From Verrucomicrobiota bacterium (GTDB taxonomy: Bacteria; Verrucomicrobiota; Verrucomicrobiia; Limisphaerales; Palsa-1400): 54,532 nt of DNA. The position numbers were made by a program, and so were the translations under genes. The stretch spans positions 1 through 54,532 of the forward strand of contig JBEKYR010000036.1 in the NCBI GenBank assembly GCA_049510745.1, given 5' to 3'. Below are positions 29,301-39,324 of this stretch, one piece after another (the first letter of the stretch is position 1; every line of letters starts with the position of its first letter). The notes under the pieces were generated by a model. That model was not told the origin of the DNA, did not search any database, and saw only the letters and a list, made by a program, of their open reading frames with translations.

Positions 29301-30557
29301 ATGTCAAACATGGATCAAAGCGAGGTTCTGGTCGCCGGCGCGGGACCCGTCGGCATGTTGACCGCGCTTGTTCTGACGCAGAACGGAATCAAGACGCGGA
29401 TCATCGACCAGGAATACCGCACGGCCGGGCACAGTTACTCCTGCGCGCTTCATCCCCGCTCGATTACGCTGCTCCACCACGCGGGCCTCGCCGGGGAGGC
29501 CATCAAATCCGGCCACCGCATTGACACGGTGGGCTTCTATGAAGGAAACGCGCGGCGCGCCGAAGTGAGGCTCTCCAATCTCCCGCTCGAATTTCCCTTC
29601 GCGCTGGTCCTGGACCAGAGCGCCCTGGAGAATTTGCTCGAACAAAAGCTGCGGCAGGCGGGCGTCAAAATCCATTGGAACCACCGGTTGGCCGGTTTGG
29701 AAATGAATGAACAGCAAGCGACGGCAACGATTGAAAAACTGGGCACGACTGGAAAAGGCTACAGCGTGCCGGATTTTGACGCCGGGGTGGAGAAAGAATT
29801 GCAGGCGCGGGCGGAGTTTATCGTCGGCGCCGACGGTTCGAACTCGCTGGTACGGCGGCGGTTGGGCATTCAATTCGAGCACGCGGGCGACCCGCAACAC
29901 TTTGCCGTATATGAAATCGAAGCCGGCGAAGTCTGCGACCACGAAGTCAAGGTTGTCCTGGACGACGCCACGGCCGGTGTCCTGTGGCCGTTGTCGGGGA
30001 CGCGATGCCGATGGGGCTTTCAGGTCGATCCGGCCAAAGCGGGGGGCGATTTTCCGCCAAAAGAACGGGACCGGATGGTCGTAGTCGAGTCACCCAGCGA
30101 GCAAGACAGCCTGCACCGGTTGCGCCGGCTCTTGCAGGAGCGCGCGCCTTGGTATCAAATCCCGGTCCAGGAAGTCGTTTGGTCCACCCACGTGCAATTT
30201 GAGCCGCACCTGGCGCGCCACTTCGGCCGAAACCTCTGCTGGCTGGCCGGCGACGCCGCGCACCAGACCGGACCTGTCGGCATGCAAAGCATGAACATCG
30301 GGTTCCGGGAGGCGGCGGACCTGGCGGACATCCTCACGCAAATCCTGCGCAAAGGCGCTTCCAGGGACCTGCTCAACGGCTATGATCGCGCGCATTGGGG
30401 CGAGTGGCAGCAGTTACTCGGCTTCAAGACGGGAACGCCCGCGACGGACGCCGCCGCGGAATGGGTGCGCCAACGGGCGGCCCGCATTGTGGGCAGCATC
30501 CCGGCGTCGGGCGCGGACCTGGCCCTTTTGCTGAAACAACTGCGAATCGACTTCTAA
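29301..30557 (+). CDS. FAD-dependent monooxygenase (PHBH/UbiH-like fold)
   Basis: GAGPVG, GADG, LAGDAAH, MNIG motifs. Confidence 0.9.
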   Translation: MSNMDQSEVLVAGAGPVGMLTALVLTQNGIKTRIIDQEYRTAGHSYSCALHPRSITLLHHAGLAGEAIKSGHRIDTVGFYEGNARRAEVRLSNLPLEFPFALVLDQSALENLLEQKLRQAGVKIHWNHRLAGLEMNEQQATATIEKLGTTGKGYSVPDFDAGVEKELQARAEFIVGADGSNSLVRRRLGIQFEHAGDPQHFAVYEIEAGEVCDHEVKVVLDDATAGVLWPLSGTRCRWGFQVDPAKAGGDFPPKERDRMVVVESPSEQDSLHRLRRLLQERAPWYQIPVQEVVWSTHVQFEPHLARHFGRNLCWLAGDAAHQTGPVGMQSMNIGFREAADLADILTQILRKGASRDLLNGYDRAHWGEWQQLLGFKTGTPATDAAAEWVRQRAARIVGSIPASGADLALLLKQLRIDF

Positions 30558-30564
30558 AATGATT

Positions 30565-31302
30565 TCAGGCGGCGCCTTTGGCAGGCGAAGCCGTTTCCGG
30601 CGCGCTGTGGGTTAACGCCAGATTACCCACCAGGGCGGCCGCTTCGGGCAGCGCCAGCCAGTCCGTATTGATAATCAAATGGTATTGCAGGGGATCGTCA
30701 ATGTCCGTGTGGAAGTACCTTTTCAGATAACGGCCCCGCCCGCCGTCTTCGCGCTCGATGCGTTTGAGCGCCTCCTTCTTGCTCAACTTGTCGAAGACCT
30801 GCATGTGGGCGACGCGCTGTTCGACCGAACCGACCAGCCGCACGTGCAAGACCTGCGGAAGCCGCGCCGTAATGACATTGGCGCCGCGGCCCAGGATAAT
30901 GACATTGCCCAATTCGGCCAGGTGCAAAATGGTCTCCGCCGTTTGCCGCACCAGCGTCTCTGTTGGCGGATGCAGGCTGAAGAGGTCCTGAACAATATCA
31001 TCCAATTGCGAAACCCTGTCCTCCGGCATGAAAGCGGCCAGACGCGAAGGCAAGTGGTGGTCCTGCAAAACCGCTTCCACCAAACTACGGTCAAAAATCG
31101 TCCACGGCGTCGCGCGCTGGGGAAGATGAGACTGGAGCCAGGCCGCCAATGCCTCGGCAAAAACGTGGGCGCCGCATCCTGATTGCCGGGAAACGGTGAC
31201 GCACTTGATCAAAGGCGCTTCGCCGGGGCGAGTTGTTTTCGGCGACTGCAATTGACAGTTGATGAAGGAAAGACAGTGATCAAGGCCAAGGGTTGTGTTC
31301 AT
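30565..31302 (-). CDS. Cytidylate kinase-like family protein
   Basis: VTVSRQSGCG, NVIILGRG, LHVRL, YHLIINT pattern. Confidence 0.85.
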   Translation of the reverse strand: MNTTLGLDHCLSFINCQLQSPKTTRPGEAPLIKCVTVSRQSGCGAHVFAEALAAWLQSHLPQRATPWTIFDRSLVEAVLQDHHLPSRLAAFMPEDRVSQLDDIVQDLFSLHPPTETLVRQTAETILHLAELGNVIILGRGANVITARLPQVLHVRLVGSVEQRVAHMQVFDKLSKKEALKRIEREDGGRGRYLKRYFHTDIDDPLQYHLIINTDWLALPEAAALVGNLALTHSAPETASPAKGAA

Positions 31303-31520
31303 AAATCGCCTTTCGAGCTTCCGGCTGCGATGACCGCGCCCGGTTGTCCGCCGGAGGCTTGTTTGCGCGCGCTCCCAAACTTTTCATTGTTTCACCGACC
31401 CCTCCGCGCGGGTCGGCGGCCGAGCCAATGACGCGAGGCCGGAGCGGCGGGCCTAGCGTGTCCCGTCTTGCCTTCCGGCAAGATTGGATGGCCCGACCTC
31501 TCCGGCAAATCTCCAAAGAC

Positions 31521-31841
31521 TTACTGCTTCGCGCCTTCGGCAGCGGCTCCAAAGCGGACGGAAGCCCTGGGTCCTTTGGAAACAGGCGCCATCGGCCCCC
31601 GCGCCGCCGGCGCGACCTGCGTCCTGGCGAAAGAAGCCGCGCCGCGTGGCTGGTCACTTTGCGGAGCTTTCCGAGTCGGCTGCTGGCGCGGCGTCGGCAA
31701 AGCCTGGGAGCGTAGACGTTGCTCGGCCTTAAGCCAGAACTCAACGTCCTGGCCTGGCGGTTTGGCGCTTTGCTCCCAAAGCTCATATGCCAAGCGGGCG
31801 ATCTCGTCATGACTTGGCTGCTGCTGAATGGATTTTGGCAT
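31521..31841 (-). CDS. DUF2934-domain protein
   Basis: HDEIARLAYELWEQ...G.DVEFWLKAE; GAAAGGA RBS. Confidence 0.85.
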   Translation of the reverse strand: MPKSIQQQPSHDEIARLAYELWEQSAKPPGQDVEFWLKAEQRLRSQALPTPRQQPTRKAPQSDQPRGAASFARTQVAPAARGPMAPVSKGPRASVRFGAAAEGAKQ

Positions 31842-32047
31842 ATCTGATTTCCTTTCGTTTCGCTGCGTGAACCACACATCAGCACTTCCAAAACAACACA
31901 AAAACGTTCCGAAAGCAATCTCAAAAGCTCACCCGGATTTGCCAAAAACGAGACATTTCTTGCCCATGACTGGGACTTGACCGCGGCGCAACGAACCCGC
32001 CAAATGCGGAAAGGGGAAAAACCGGAAAAACAGGCCTTGAAAAAGAG

Positions 32048-32545
32048 CTAAACCGCCGCCCTTTCCAGCAGCCGTTTGCGGGTGTAGGCCACCAACCCGC
32101 CGGCATCAATAATTGCCTGGCGCGACTTCGGCATCGGCTCAAGGGGAAAGCTCCGCCCACTGTTCGAATTGATGATGGCGTCCGGCGTGAACTCCAGCTC
32201 GTCTCCCTCGGCCGCTTCCAGGGCAGGGCAGATAATGAGGCGCAAGCCCACATTGATGGCGTTCTGCAAAAAAATCCTCGCGAAACCTCTCGCCACAATC
32301 ACCAGCTCGTATCCTTTCAAACAGGACACCGCCTGCTCCCGCGACGAACCGCAGCCGAAATTCCTCCCGCCCAGCAGCACGCTGCCCGGGGGAATTTGTT
32401 TGGCCCTGAGTTTGGCGTTCAGCGCCGCATCGTCCGCGAAGGCGTACTGCGGCGTCTCACCGGGTAAAACAGTCGCCATGAAGCGGCCGGGATAGATCAC
32501 GTCGGTCGAAACGTCGTCGCCGGCTTTGTAAATCACCTTTGCCAT
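32048..32545 (-). CDS. LeuD/HacB/DmdB-type hydro-lyase small subunit
   Basis: DDVSTDVIYPG, NFGCGSSRE, FARIF, GGL. Confidence 0.9.
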   Translation of the reverse strand: MAKVIYKAGDDVSTDVIYPGRFMATVLPGETPQYAFADDAALNAKLRAKQIPPGSVLLGGRNFGCGSSREQAVSCLKGYELVIVARGFARIFLQNAINVGLRLIICPALEAAEGDELEFTPDAIINSNSGRSFPLEPMPKSRQAIIDAGGLVAYTRKRLLERAAV

Positions 32546-32546
32546 G

Positions 32547-33839
32547 TTATTGGGTTCCTTTCCGGGGGTCGGTAATCACCCCTGTGATGGCCGACGCCGC
32601 CGCCACCGCCGGAGAGCAGAGATAAACCTCGGAATTGGGGTTTCCCATCCGGCCTTTGAAATTCCGGTTCGTCGTGGACAGCGCCGCCTCGCCATCGCCG
32701 AGGGCGCCTTCATGCACGCCCAGGCACGGACCGCACCCCGGATTCATCACCACCGCGCCGGCCTGCATGAACGCGCCAATATAGCCTTTGCCCAGCGCTT
32801 GCCGGTAAATCCTTCCCGAGGCCGGGAAGACCAGCATGCGCGTATTGAGCGCCACCTTTTTTCCTTTGAGAATCCTGGCGGCGACGGCCAGGTCATCCAA
32901 CCGCCCGTTTGTGCATGAGCCGATGACGATCTGGTGAACCTTTTTGCCCGCGACCTGATCAATCGGCTTCACATTGTCCACCGTGTGCGGACAGGCCACC
33001 TGTGGCGCCAGCCTGGCCACGTTGATTTCGAGGACGCTCTCGTAAACCGCATCCGCATCCGGCTTGACAAGCTCGATGGGGTCCGTCACGCCCGCTTCCT
33101 CACGCAGGTAACGCTCGGTTTCTGCGTCCGCGGGCACGATCCCCGCCGTGGCGCCCGCCTCTACCGCCATGTTGCACAACACCAGCCGGCCCGAGGTGGG
33201 CATGTCGTCAATGGCCGGTCCATGAAATTCCAGCACTTTAAAATTCGCGCCTTGCGCCGTGAGTCTGCCAATGAGATGCAGGATCAAGTCTTTCGGCCCG
33301 ACAAATTTCTTGAACCGCCCCTTGACCACCACCTTGAGGGTCGGCGGCACTTCGACATTGAGCACCGTCCCCAACGCCCAGACGCTCGCCATCTCCGTCG
33401 CGCCGATCCCGAAAGCAAACGCCCCCAGCGCCCCGTGGCTGGTGGTATGCGAGTCGGTGCCGACGACAACGCTGCCCGGCCGCACGTAACCGTTCTCCGG
33501 CAAAATCTGGTGGCAAATGCCGCCCACGTCCCCGCGGATGTCATGAAACTTCCCGATCAATTGCGCCGCGACAAACTCACGCACCTTTTTCTGATTCGAG
33601 GCGGTTTTGGGCGACTCCGCCGGGACCCGGTGATCGAAAATGACCGCCACCTTGCCCGCGTCCCACAGCTTCGGCTCGAGGGGCGTCCCTTTGTAGATCT
33701 CCAAAAACTGGTTGATCACCAGCGCCGCGTTTTCGTGCGACATGGCCAGGTCCACCTTCGGTTCAACCACATCGCCCGCCTTCACCGCCGGCTGGCCGGA
33801 GGCGTGTGCCAGGATTTTTTCAACCACAGTCATGCTCAT
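32547..33839 (-). CDS. LeuC/HacA/DmdA-type [4Fe-4S] hydro-lyase large subunit
   Basis: DHRVPA, GICHQ, GTDSHT, GSCTNG, CGPC, STTNRNF.GRMG. Confidence 0.9.
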   Translation of the reverse strand: MSMTVVEKILAHASGQPAVKAGDVVEPKVDLAMSHENAALVINQFLEIYKGTPLEPKLWDAGKVAVIFDHRVPAESPKTASNQKKVREFVAAQLIGKFHDIRGDVGGICHQILPENGYVRPGSVVVGTDSHTTSHGALGAFAFGIGATEMASVWALGTVLNVEVPPTLKVVVKGRFKKFVGPKDLILHLIGRLTAQGANFKVLEFHGPAIDDMPTSGRLVLCNMAVEAGATAGIVPADAETERYLREEAGVTDPIELVKPDADAVYESVLEINVARLAPQVACPHTVDNVKPIDQVAGKKVHQIVIGSCTNGRLDDLAVAARILKGKKVALNTRMLVFPASGRIYRQALGKGYIGAFMQAGAVVMNPGCGPCLGVHEGALGDGEAALSTTNRNFKGRMGNPNSEVYLCSPAVAAASAITGVITDPRKGTQ

Positions 33840-33847
33840 AATTGATC

Positions 33848-34780
33848 TCAACCGACGATTTTTCTCGCGCCTTTGTATTTCTCTTCCAACCGTCCTTTTG
33901 GAAGGTAGCGGCCTTCGAGTTTCTGGTACTCCTTCAACCCGACGAAATCAGTGAAGTCTTCGAAGGTGGAGACCCATTGCGTCTGCCCCGGCAGGATGCC
34001 GCTGGGCGAGGCGCGCAAGGCCTTGAAGAAATCCGTCAGCGCCTTATGCGCGACCATAATGGAGGCGACTGGAATCGAAACACGGCCCACGCCCATTTTG
34101 GCCAGCTCGGGAATCGGGACCAGTTCGGTCTTCATGCCGGAGACGGCATCCATCAAGTTGACCGAGAGCGGGCCTTTCAATCGGGCCACTGCTTTCTCGA
34201 TGTCCGCCCTGGTCCGGATGCCGTCAATGAACACCAGGTCCGCGCCGCTCTCGAGGTACAAAGCGCAGCGGCCAATCGCTTCGTCCAGCCCCAGCACGGA
34301 GCAGGCGTCGGTGCGCGCATTGAGGATGAAATCCTTGTCGAGCTTGTCGCGGGCGTCGGCGCAGGCGCGGATTTTGCCCGCCATTTCCCCGGCGTCGATG
34401 ACTTCCTTGCCCGCCATGTGGCCGCAGCGTTTTGGAAAGACCTGGTCCTCGATATTCAGGCCCGCGACACCCATCGCGATGAGCCGCTCGGTGATCCACG
34501 CGGCGTTGAGGGCGTTGCCGCCGCCCGTGTCCACGTCCGCCATCACCGGAATGCTCACCGCTTGCGCGATGTTCCAGGTGGCGTCCAGGATGTCCTTCAT
34601 CTGCACCAGGCCGACGTCCGGTTTGGCCAGCATGGAGGCGGCCAGGCCGTAGCCGGACACTTGAATGGCCTCGAATCCGCACGCGGCAATCACTTTTGCG
34701 CTCAAGGCATCGTGGCAGCCGGGGACGACGACCGCGCGTCGTTCCATGATTGCCTTTCTGAGAATGGTCGTCTTTTTCAT
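33848..34780 (-). CDS. Isocitrate lyase/PEP mutase family C-C lyase (PrpB/2,3-dimethylmalate lyase-like)
   Basis: PGCHDALSA, SGYG, D.DTG, IEDQVFPKRCGH, ARTD; start MKKTTIL at 34780. Confidence 0.88.
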   Translation of the reverse strand: MKKTTILRKAIMERRAVVVPGCHDALSAKVIAACGFEAIQVSGYGLAASMLAKPDVGLVQMKDILDATWNIAQAVSIPVMADVDTGGGNALNAAWITERLIAMGVAGLNIEDQVFPKRCGHMAGKEVIDAGEMAGKIRACADARDKLDKDFILNARTDACSVLGLDEAIGRCALYLESGADLVFIDGIRTRADIEKAVARLKGPLSVNLMDAVSGMKTELVPIPELAKMGVGRVSIPVASIMVAHKALTDFFKALRASPSGILPGQTQWVSTFEDFTDFVGLKEYQKLEGRYLPKGRLEEKYKGARKIVG

Positions 34781-34782
34781 AG

Positions 34783-35901
34783 TTAAAGCTTGTCGGCGAT
34801 GGCCTGCGCCATTTGCAGGGTGGTGCTGGTTCCGCCCAGGTCGTAGGTGCGCGTTCGGCCTTCTTTGATCACCTGGGCCACGGCCGTTTCCAGCGCGGCC
34901 GCCTTTTTCGTTTCTCCCAGCCATTCGAGCATCATTTTCGACGCCAGAATCGTGGCGATCGGATTGACTTTGTATTGGCCGGCGTACTTCGGCGCCGAGC
35001 CATGTGTGGGTTCGAAAACGCCCAGTTTCGCGCCCAGGTTGCCCGACGAACCGAAGCCCAGGCCCCCGACCATCTGCGCGCACAAGTCGGAGATGATGTC
35101 GCCGTAAAGGTTCGGGGCCACCAGCACATCGTAGTTGAACGGATTCTTCAACAACCACATCGTCATCGCGTCGATGTTGGCATCGTCCATCTGGATCTCG
35201 GGAAATTCTTTGGCCACAGCCTGGGCCGTTTCCAGGAACAAACCGTCCGTGGCCCGCACGACGTTGGCTTTGTGAACGACGGTGACTTTCCTGCGCTTCT
35301 GTTTGCGCGCGAAGTCAAACGCGGCCCGCACAATTCTTTCCGAACCGCCGCGGGTGTTAATTTTGCAGGAGATGGCGTATTGCTCCGGCCCCAGTTTGGC
35401 AAACGGCGCGAAGGGTTTGGACAATTTGCCGAGCATCTCCGCCAACTCTTGCGGGACCGGCGAGAACTCTACTCCGGCGTAGAGGTCTTCGGTGTTCTCG
35501 CGGAAAACGACCAGGTCAATGCCCTCTTTGTAATTAAGGGGGTTGCCCGGATAGGCCTTGCAGGGCCGCAGGCAGATGTACAAATCGAACAACTGCCGCA
35601 TCCGCACGATGGGCGAGCGATAGGCCACACCCTTGGACCGCAGCTCCGGCGCCAGTTCTTCGGCGGCCCTTTTGGCGGGTTTGGACGTGATCGCGCCGAA
35701 CAAGGCCGCATCCACGTTCTTGAGCAGTTCAATCGTCCGGGGCGGAAACGCATCGCCTTCCCGGCGCCAAAACTCCCACCCGATGTCTCCGGCGATGTAT
35801 TCCGCATCCAGTTCGATGCGGTCGAGGACGATTCTCGCCGCTTTGAGAACCTCAACCCCGATGCCGTCCCCCGGCAGCCATGCGATTTTATATTTCGGCA
35901 T
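34783..35901 (-). CDS. Beta-decarboxylating dehydrogenase (homoisocitrate/isopropylmalate family)
   Basis: PGDGIG, YRSPIVRMR, RENTE, HKANV, NLYGDIISD, FEPTHGSAP. Confidence 0.9.
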   Translation of the reverse strand: MPKYKIAWLPGDGIGVEVLKAARIVLDRIELDAEYIAGDIGWEFWRREGDAFPPRTIELLKNVDAALFGAITSKPAKRAAEELAPELRSKGVAYRSPIVRMRQLFDLYICLRPCKAYPGNPLNYKEGIDLVVFRENTEDLYAGVEFSPVPQELAEMLGKLSKPFAPFAKLGPEQYAISCKINTRGGSERIVRAAFDFARKQKRRKVTVVHKANVVRATDGLFLETAQAVAKEFPEIQMDDANIDAMTMWLLKNPFNYDVLVAPNLYGDIISDLCAQMVGGLGFGSSGNLGAKLGVFEPTHGSAPKYAGQYKVNPIATILASKMMLEWLGETKKAAALETAVAQVIKEGRTRTYDLGGTSTTLQMAQAIADKL

Positions 35902-36046
35902 AATTCCAGGAACCTCGGCGGTCATCCCGCCGCGCTTGAGCATTACGATACCTTGCGTCGCGCCGCGGGCTTTGCTGAATTTGCCAATTCAACACCATTT
36001 TTTGGTGGTTCCCTGGATTTGGCCGAAGGCGAGGGCAAGAGGGGAG

Positions 36047-36769
36047 TCACAGGGTATGGTGGCAGTCGCAGGCGGGGGCGTGTCCGTCGGAGAAATGGGG
36101 ACTCAGATACGGGATGCCAAGCGAGAGTCCGCGCACAATCAGCAGGACTCCGGCCACGGTCGCGCAAACCAGAACGACTCTTCTCAGACGCAACGGATTG
36201 GTCCAGCGAACCGCCCTTCCGGCGAGGCCAATCGAGAGCAGCATCGGCGCGGTTCCCAGGCCAAACGCCAGCATGGTGGCGACACCGCCCGTGACGCTTC
36301 CGGCGGCCGCGGCGGCCGCGCACGCGATATAGACCAACCCGCACGGCAACATTCCGTTCAAGCCGCCCAGCAGGATGGCGGCGCCGAGGGTGCGGTTGCG
36401 TAACAGCCGGCCAAATCTTGTCTTCGCCGCGGACACAACTTTCCCGGCAAGGCCGCCCCATTGCGCGCGAAATGAGGTGAGTGATGCCAGCAGGATCAGA
36501 CATCCTGCGCCGATGGAAAGCCAGCGTTGGAACCCGGCAAAAACAATCGCGGCGCCAACCAAACCGGAAACGGCCCCCAGAAAACTATAAGTGACAAGGC
36601 GTCCGCCGTGGTAGGCGAAGTTGTGAAGGATGCCGGCCCGGCATGGCGCCGCGGAGTGGGCGGGGTTTTGCCGCCGCGCGGCGTTGACGGCAACAAGCAG
36701 CGGGCCGCACATCACAGCGCAGTGCAGGCTGCCGGCCAAGCCCAGGAAAAATGCCGCGAGGAGATTCAT
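36047..36769 (-). CDS. DsbD_2/TauE-like cbb3 oxidase assembly membrane protein
   Basis: GSLHCAVMCGP and GMLPCGLVY motifs; last gene of the cco cluster. Confidence 0.88.
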   Translation of the reverse strand: MNLLAAFFLGLAGSLHCAVMCGPLLVAVNAARRQNPAHSAAPCRAGILHNFAYHGGRLVTYSFLGAVSGLVGAAIVFAGFQRWLSIGAGCLILLASLTSFRAQWGGLAGKVVSAAKTRFGRLLRNRTLGAAILLGGLNGMLPCGLVYIACAAAAAAGSVTGGVATMLAFGLGTAPMLLSIGLAGRAVRWTNPLRLRRVVLVCATVAGVLLIVRGLSLGIPYLSPHFSDGHAPACDCHHTL

Positions 36770-37245
36770 GAGGGCGCCGTCCGTTCGATCACGATCGGTT
36801 TTTCAAAGAAATACTCCTGGTCCGCTGCTTTCCATTGCACCCGCACCTTCCACAACCCGGCGCGCAAAGACCGCACACTGAGGCTCTGGCGTCCAGCCGG
36901 GTCCAGCCCCAGTTTCACGTTGGTGTCCAGGCCGGCGTCCGAAGGGCGATAGAAGGATACCGTGCCGGAAATGTCGCTATGTTTGACTGATGGAAGGCTG
37001 ACGGTGACGAGGTCGCCGGCGCGGTCATAGTCGATGGCCGCCTCGGCCAGGACGGGCGCGGTGCGTTGCACGCGGTCGATCTGCTGCTGGAACCGGATTT
37101 CCTGGTCGTAGTAGTCGGCGCGCACCAGGTCCATTTTCTGGCGGCTGGCAAAGATGACGAAACCGACAATGTAGGCAGTGAACACAATGAAAAAGAGAAC
37201 CAGACCGACCGGCCAGGGGTTCTGAATTTTTGGAAATAATCTCAT
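36766..37245 (-). CDS. ccoH: FixH/CcoH cbb3 assembly protein
   Basis: N-terminal TM, DLV..DYY..E, FYRPSD, GLW motifs; position after ccoG. Confidence 0.85.
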   Translation of the reverse strand: MRLFPKIQNPWPVGLVLFFIVFTAYIVGFVIFASRQKMDLVRADYYDQEIRFQQQIDRVQRTAPVLAEAAIDYDRAGDLVTVSLPSVKHSDISGTVSFYRPSDAGLDTNVKLGLDPAGRQSLSVRSLRAGLWKVRVQWKAADQEYFFEKPIVIERTAPS

Positions 37246-37263
37246 AAATGGAGAGGCGGCGGC

Positions 37264-38724
37264 TCACTCGCGCGGCCCGATAAAGGTGGTGGGAATGGTT
37301 TGGAGCCGGCGCCCTTGCGCATAGACGCCGACCTCGATCTTTTTCGGGCCGTGCCGCAGCAAATCGGGGGCCAGCTCGATCAAGACGGACGTTTCGGCCA
37401 GTTGCTCGCCGGGCACGACCAGGTTCGGGTTGCCCATGATGGAAAGTTTGCCGGGGACGTCTTCGAGCCGGAGCTGGACGGGGACCGGCTGGGAAGTCTT
37501 ATTGACAAGCTGGAGGGTGTAGAGGTTGATGAGGTTGCCGCCGGGCAATTGCTCAAACAGGGCGCCGGGCGCGCGCAGCAGGGTGGCCTCGACGTTGGGG
37601 CGGGTCAGGACGAGAAACAGGAACAGGCCCGTCAGGACGGAGAGGACCGCGGCGTAGCCGATCATGCGCGGAGTGACGCGGAACGGCTCGCCGCGTTCGA
37701 TGCTGTTGAGCGACGCGTAACGAATCAGGCCGCGCGGACGGCCTATTTTGGCCATGACGCCGTCGCAGGCGTCGATGCAGGCCGTGCAGTGGACGCATTC
37801 CATCTGGTTGCCGTTGCGGATGTCGATGCCGGTGGGGCAGACGGAAACGCACAGGTTGCAATCGACGCAATCGCCGCGGCCGGCCTGGCGGCGCTGGGCG
37901 GGGGATTGGCGGCGGTCCAACGCCGCGCGCCGCTCGCCCCGCTTGTAATCGTAGGCGACGACGACCGTGTTTTCGTCAAGGACGGTCGATTGGAAGCGGC
38001 CATAAGGACAAATAAAGGTGCAGGCCTGTTCGCGGAAGCGGGCGAAGATCGCGTAAAAGACGCCGGTGAAGGCCAGCAGGTAGGCCAGCCCGGAAAGATG
38101 GCGGAGCGGATTGTCAGTTATAATGACGAGGAGCTGGTCAATGCCGATGATGTAGCCGAGCAGGAGATTGCTGATGACGAAGGAAAGACCGAAGAAAATG
38201 GCCTGCTTGGCCAGCTTCAGGCGGATTTTGCGGGCCGTCCACGGCGCGGCGGCCAGGGCGCGCTGGGCGCGGGAGTCGCCCTCGATCCCGTATTCGATGC
38301 GGCGGAAAACCATTTCCATGAAGAGGGTTTGCGGGCAGACCCAGCCGCACCAGATCCGCCCGTAAGCGGCGGTGAAGATCATGATGCCGGTGAAATAGAG
38401 CAGCAACGCGACGGCCAGGAGGGCCATGTCCTGCGGCCAAAAAATGCGGCCCAGAATGGAGAAGCGGCGGGCGACGACGTTGAGCATGAGCAACGGGTTG
38501 CCGTTGATCTTGAGAAACGGGCCGGCAAACAGCACGCCCAGCAGCAGCCAGCTCAGATAGGCGCGCCATTGATAGAACCGGCCCTGCGGTTTGCGGGCAT
38601 AAATCCACCGACGCCGCCCCTGGTCATCCGAGGTGGACAAATGATCGCGAAAATCGTCCCTGCCCGGTTTGACCGCGGGCGGCTTCTCGCGGGGCTGCGG
38701 GGTGGCTGGCGGGCTGGCGTTCAT
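37264..38724 (-). CDS. ccoG: cbb3 accessory ferredoxin-like protein
   Basis: CGWVCPQ, CTFICPY, CVDCNLCVSVCP, CVHCTACIDAC. Confidence 0.93.
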   Translation of the reverse strand: MNASPPATPQPREKPPAVKPGRDDFRDHLSTSDDQGRRRWIYARKPQGRFYQWRAYLSWLLLGVLFAGPFLKINGNPLLMLNVVARRFSILGRIFWPQDMALLAVALLLYFTGIMIFTAAYGRIWCGWVCPQTLFMEMVFRRIEYGIEGDSRAQRALAAAPWTARKIRLKLAKQAIFFGLSFVISNLLLGYIIGIDQLLVIITDNPLRHLSGLAYLLAFTGVFYAIFARFREQACTFICPYGRFQSTVLDENTVVVAYDYKRGERRAALDRRQSPAQRRQAGRGDCVDCNLCVSVCPTGIDIRNGNQMECVHCTACIDACDGVMAKIGRPRGLIRYASLNSIERGEPFRVTPRMIGYAAVLSVLTGLFLFLVLTRPNVEATLLRAPGALFEQLPGGNLINLYTLQLVNKTSQPVPVQLRLEDVPGKLSIMGNPNLVVPGEQLAETSVLIELAPDLLRHGPKKIEVGVYAQGRRLQTIPTTFIGPRE

Positions 38725-38730
38725 CGGGCT

Positions 38731-39324
38731 TTACTCGTAGATATTGGGAGCCGCGGGCTGGGCCTGGTTTTCCGGCGGTTTGGGATTGGGCGGATGGGTG
38801 CCGCGCAAGGTGTAAATGTAACTGGCCACGGCGTGGATTTCGCCCGGCTTGAGAACGCCGCGCCAGGTCAACATGCCTTTGGCGGGCACGCCGTTGACAA
38901 TCGTCCGCAGGTTGTCAACAAAATTTGAACCGTGTATCCAGTAGTCGTCGCAGAGGTTGGGACCGACCAGGCCCCCGCCGTCCTTGCGATGGCAGGGGGC
39001 GCAGTTATGCAGGAAAATGGCATGACCGTGGTCCAGAACGGCCGGGTCCTTGGAAGGCGCCAGCGTCGGCAGCGAGTCTTCAAAGGCTTTGAGAGCGGCG
39101 GTCTTGATGAGGTCGCCTTGCTTGCTTTCCCTGACATATTGGGCGGCCTGCAAATCTCCCAGGCGAAGGACGTGGTAATAGCCAAGGTAGCCCACCGCGA
39201 ACACGATGCTGAGATTGAAAAGCCAGACCCACCAGCGGGGCAGGTTGTTGTTCAACTCGCGGATGCCATCGACCTCGTGGTCGAGCAGCAGCGGGTCTTT
39301 AAAGGGATCATAGGGGTCGCTCAT
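38731..39324 (-). CDS. ccoP: cbb3-type oxidase subunit III (monoheme)
   Basis: HEVDGIRELNNNLPRWW N-terminus; single CAPCH. Confidence 0.92.
   Translation of the reverse strand: MSDPYDPFKDPLLLDHEVDGIRELNNNLPRWWVWLFNLSIVFAVGYLGYYHVLRLGDLQAAQYVRESKQGDLIKTAALKAFEDSLPTLAPSKDPAVLDHGHAIFLHNCAPCHRKDGGGLVGPNLCDDYWIHGSNFVDNLRTIVNGVPAKGMLTWRGVLKPGEIHAVASYIYTLRGTHPPNPKPPENQAQPAAPNIYE

Noticed and set aside
34781..35158. N-terminal extension of the ICL-family ORF in the ORF track
   Set aside because: Overlaps the dehydrogenase gene; homology starts at ATG 34780
32048..35901. Calling the operon leuBCD
   Set aside because: Subunits are of the short HacAB/DmdAB type, the dehydrogenase lacks LeuB-typical substrate motifs, and there is no leuA
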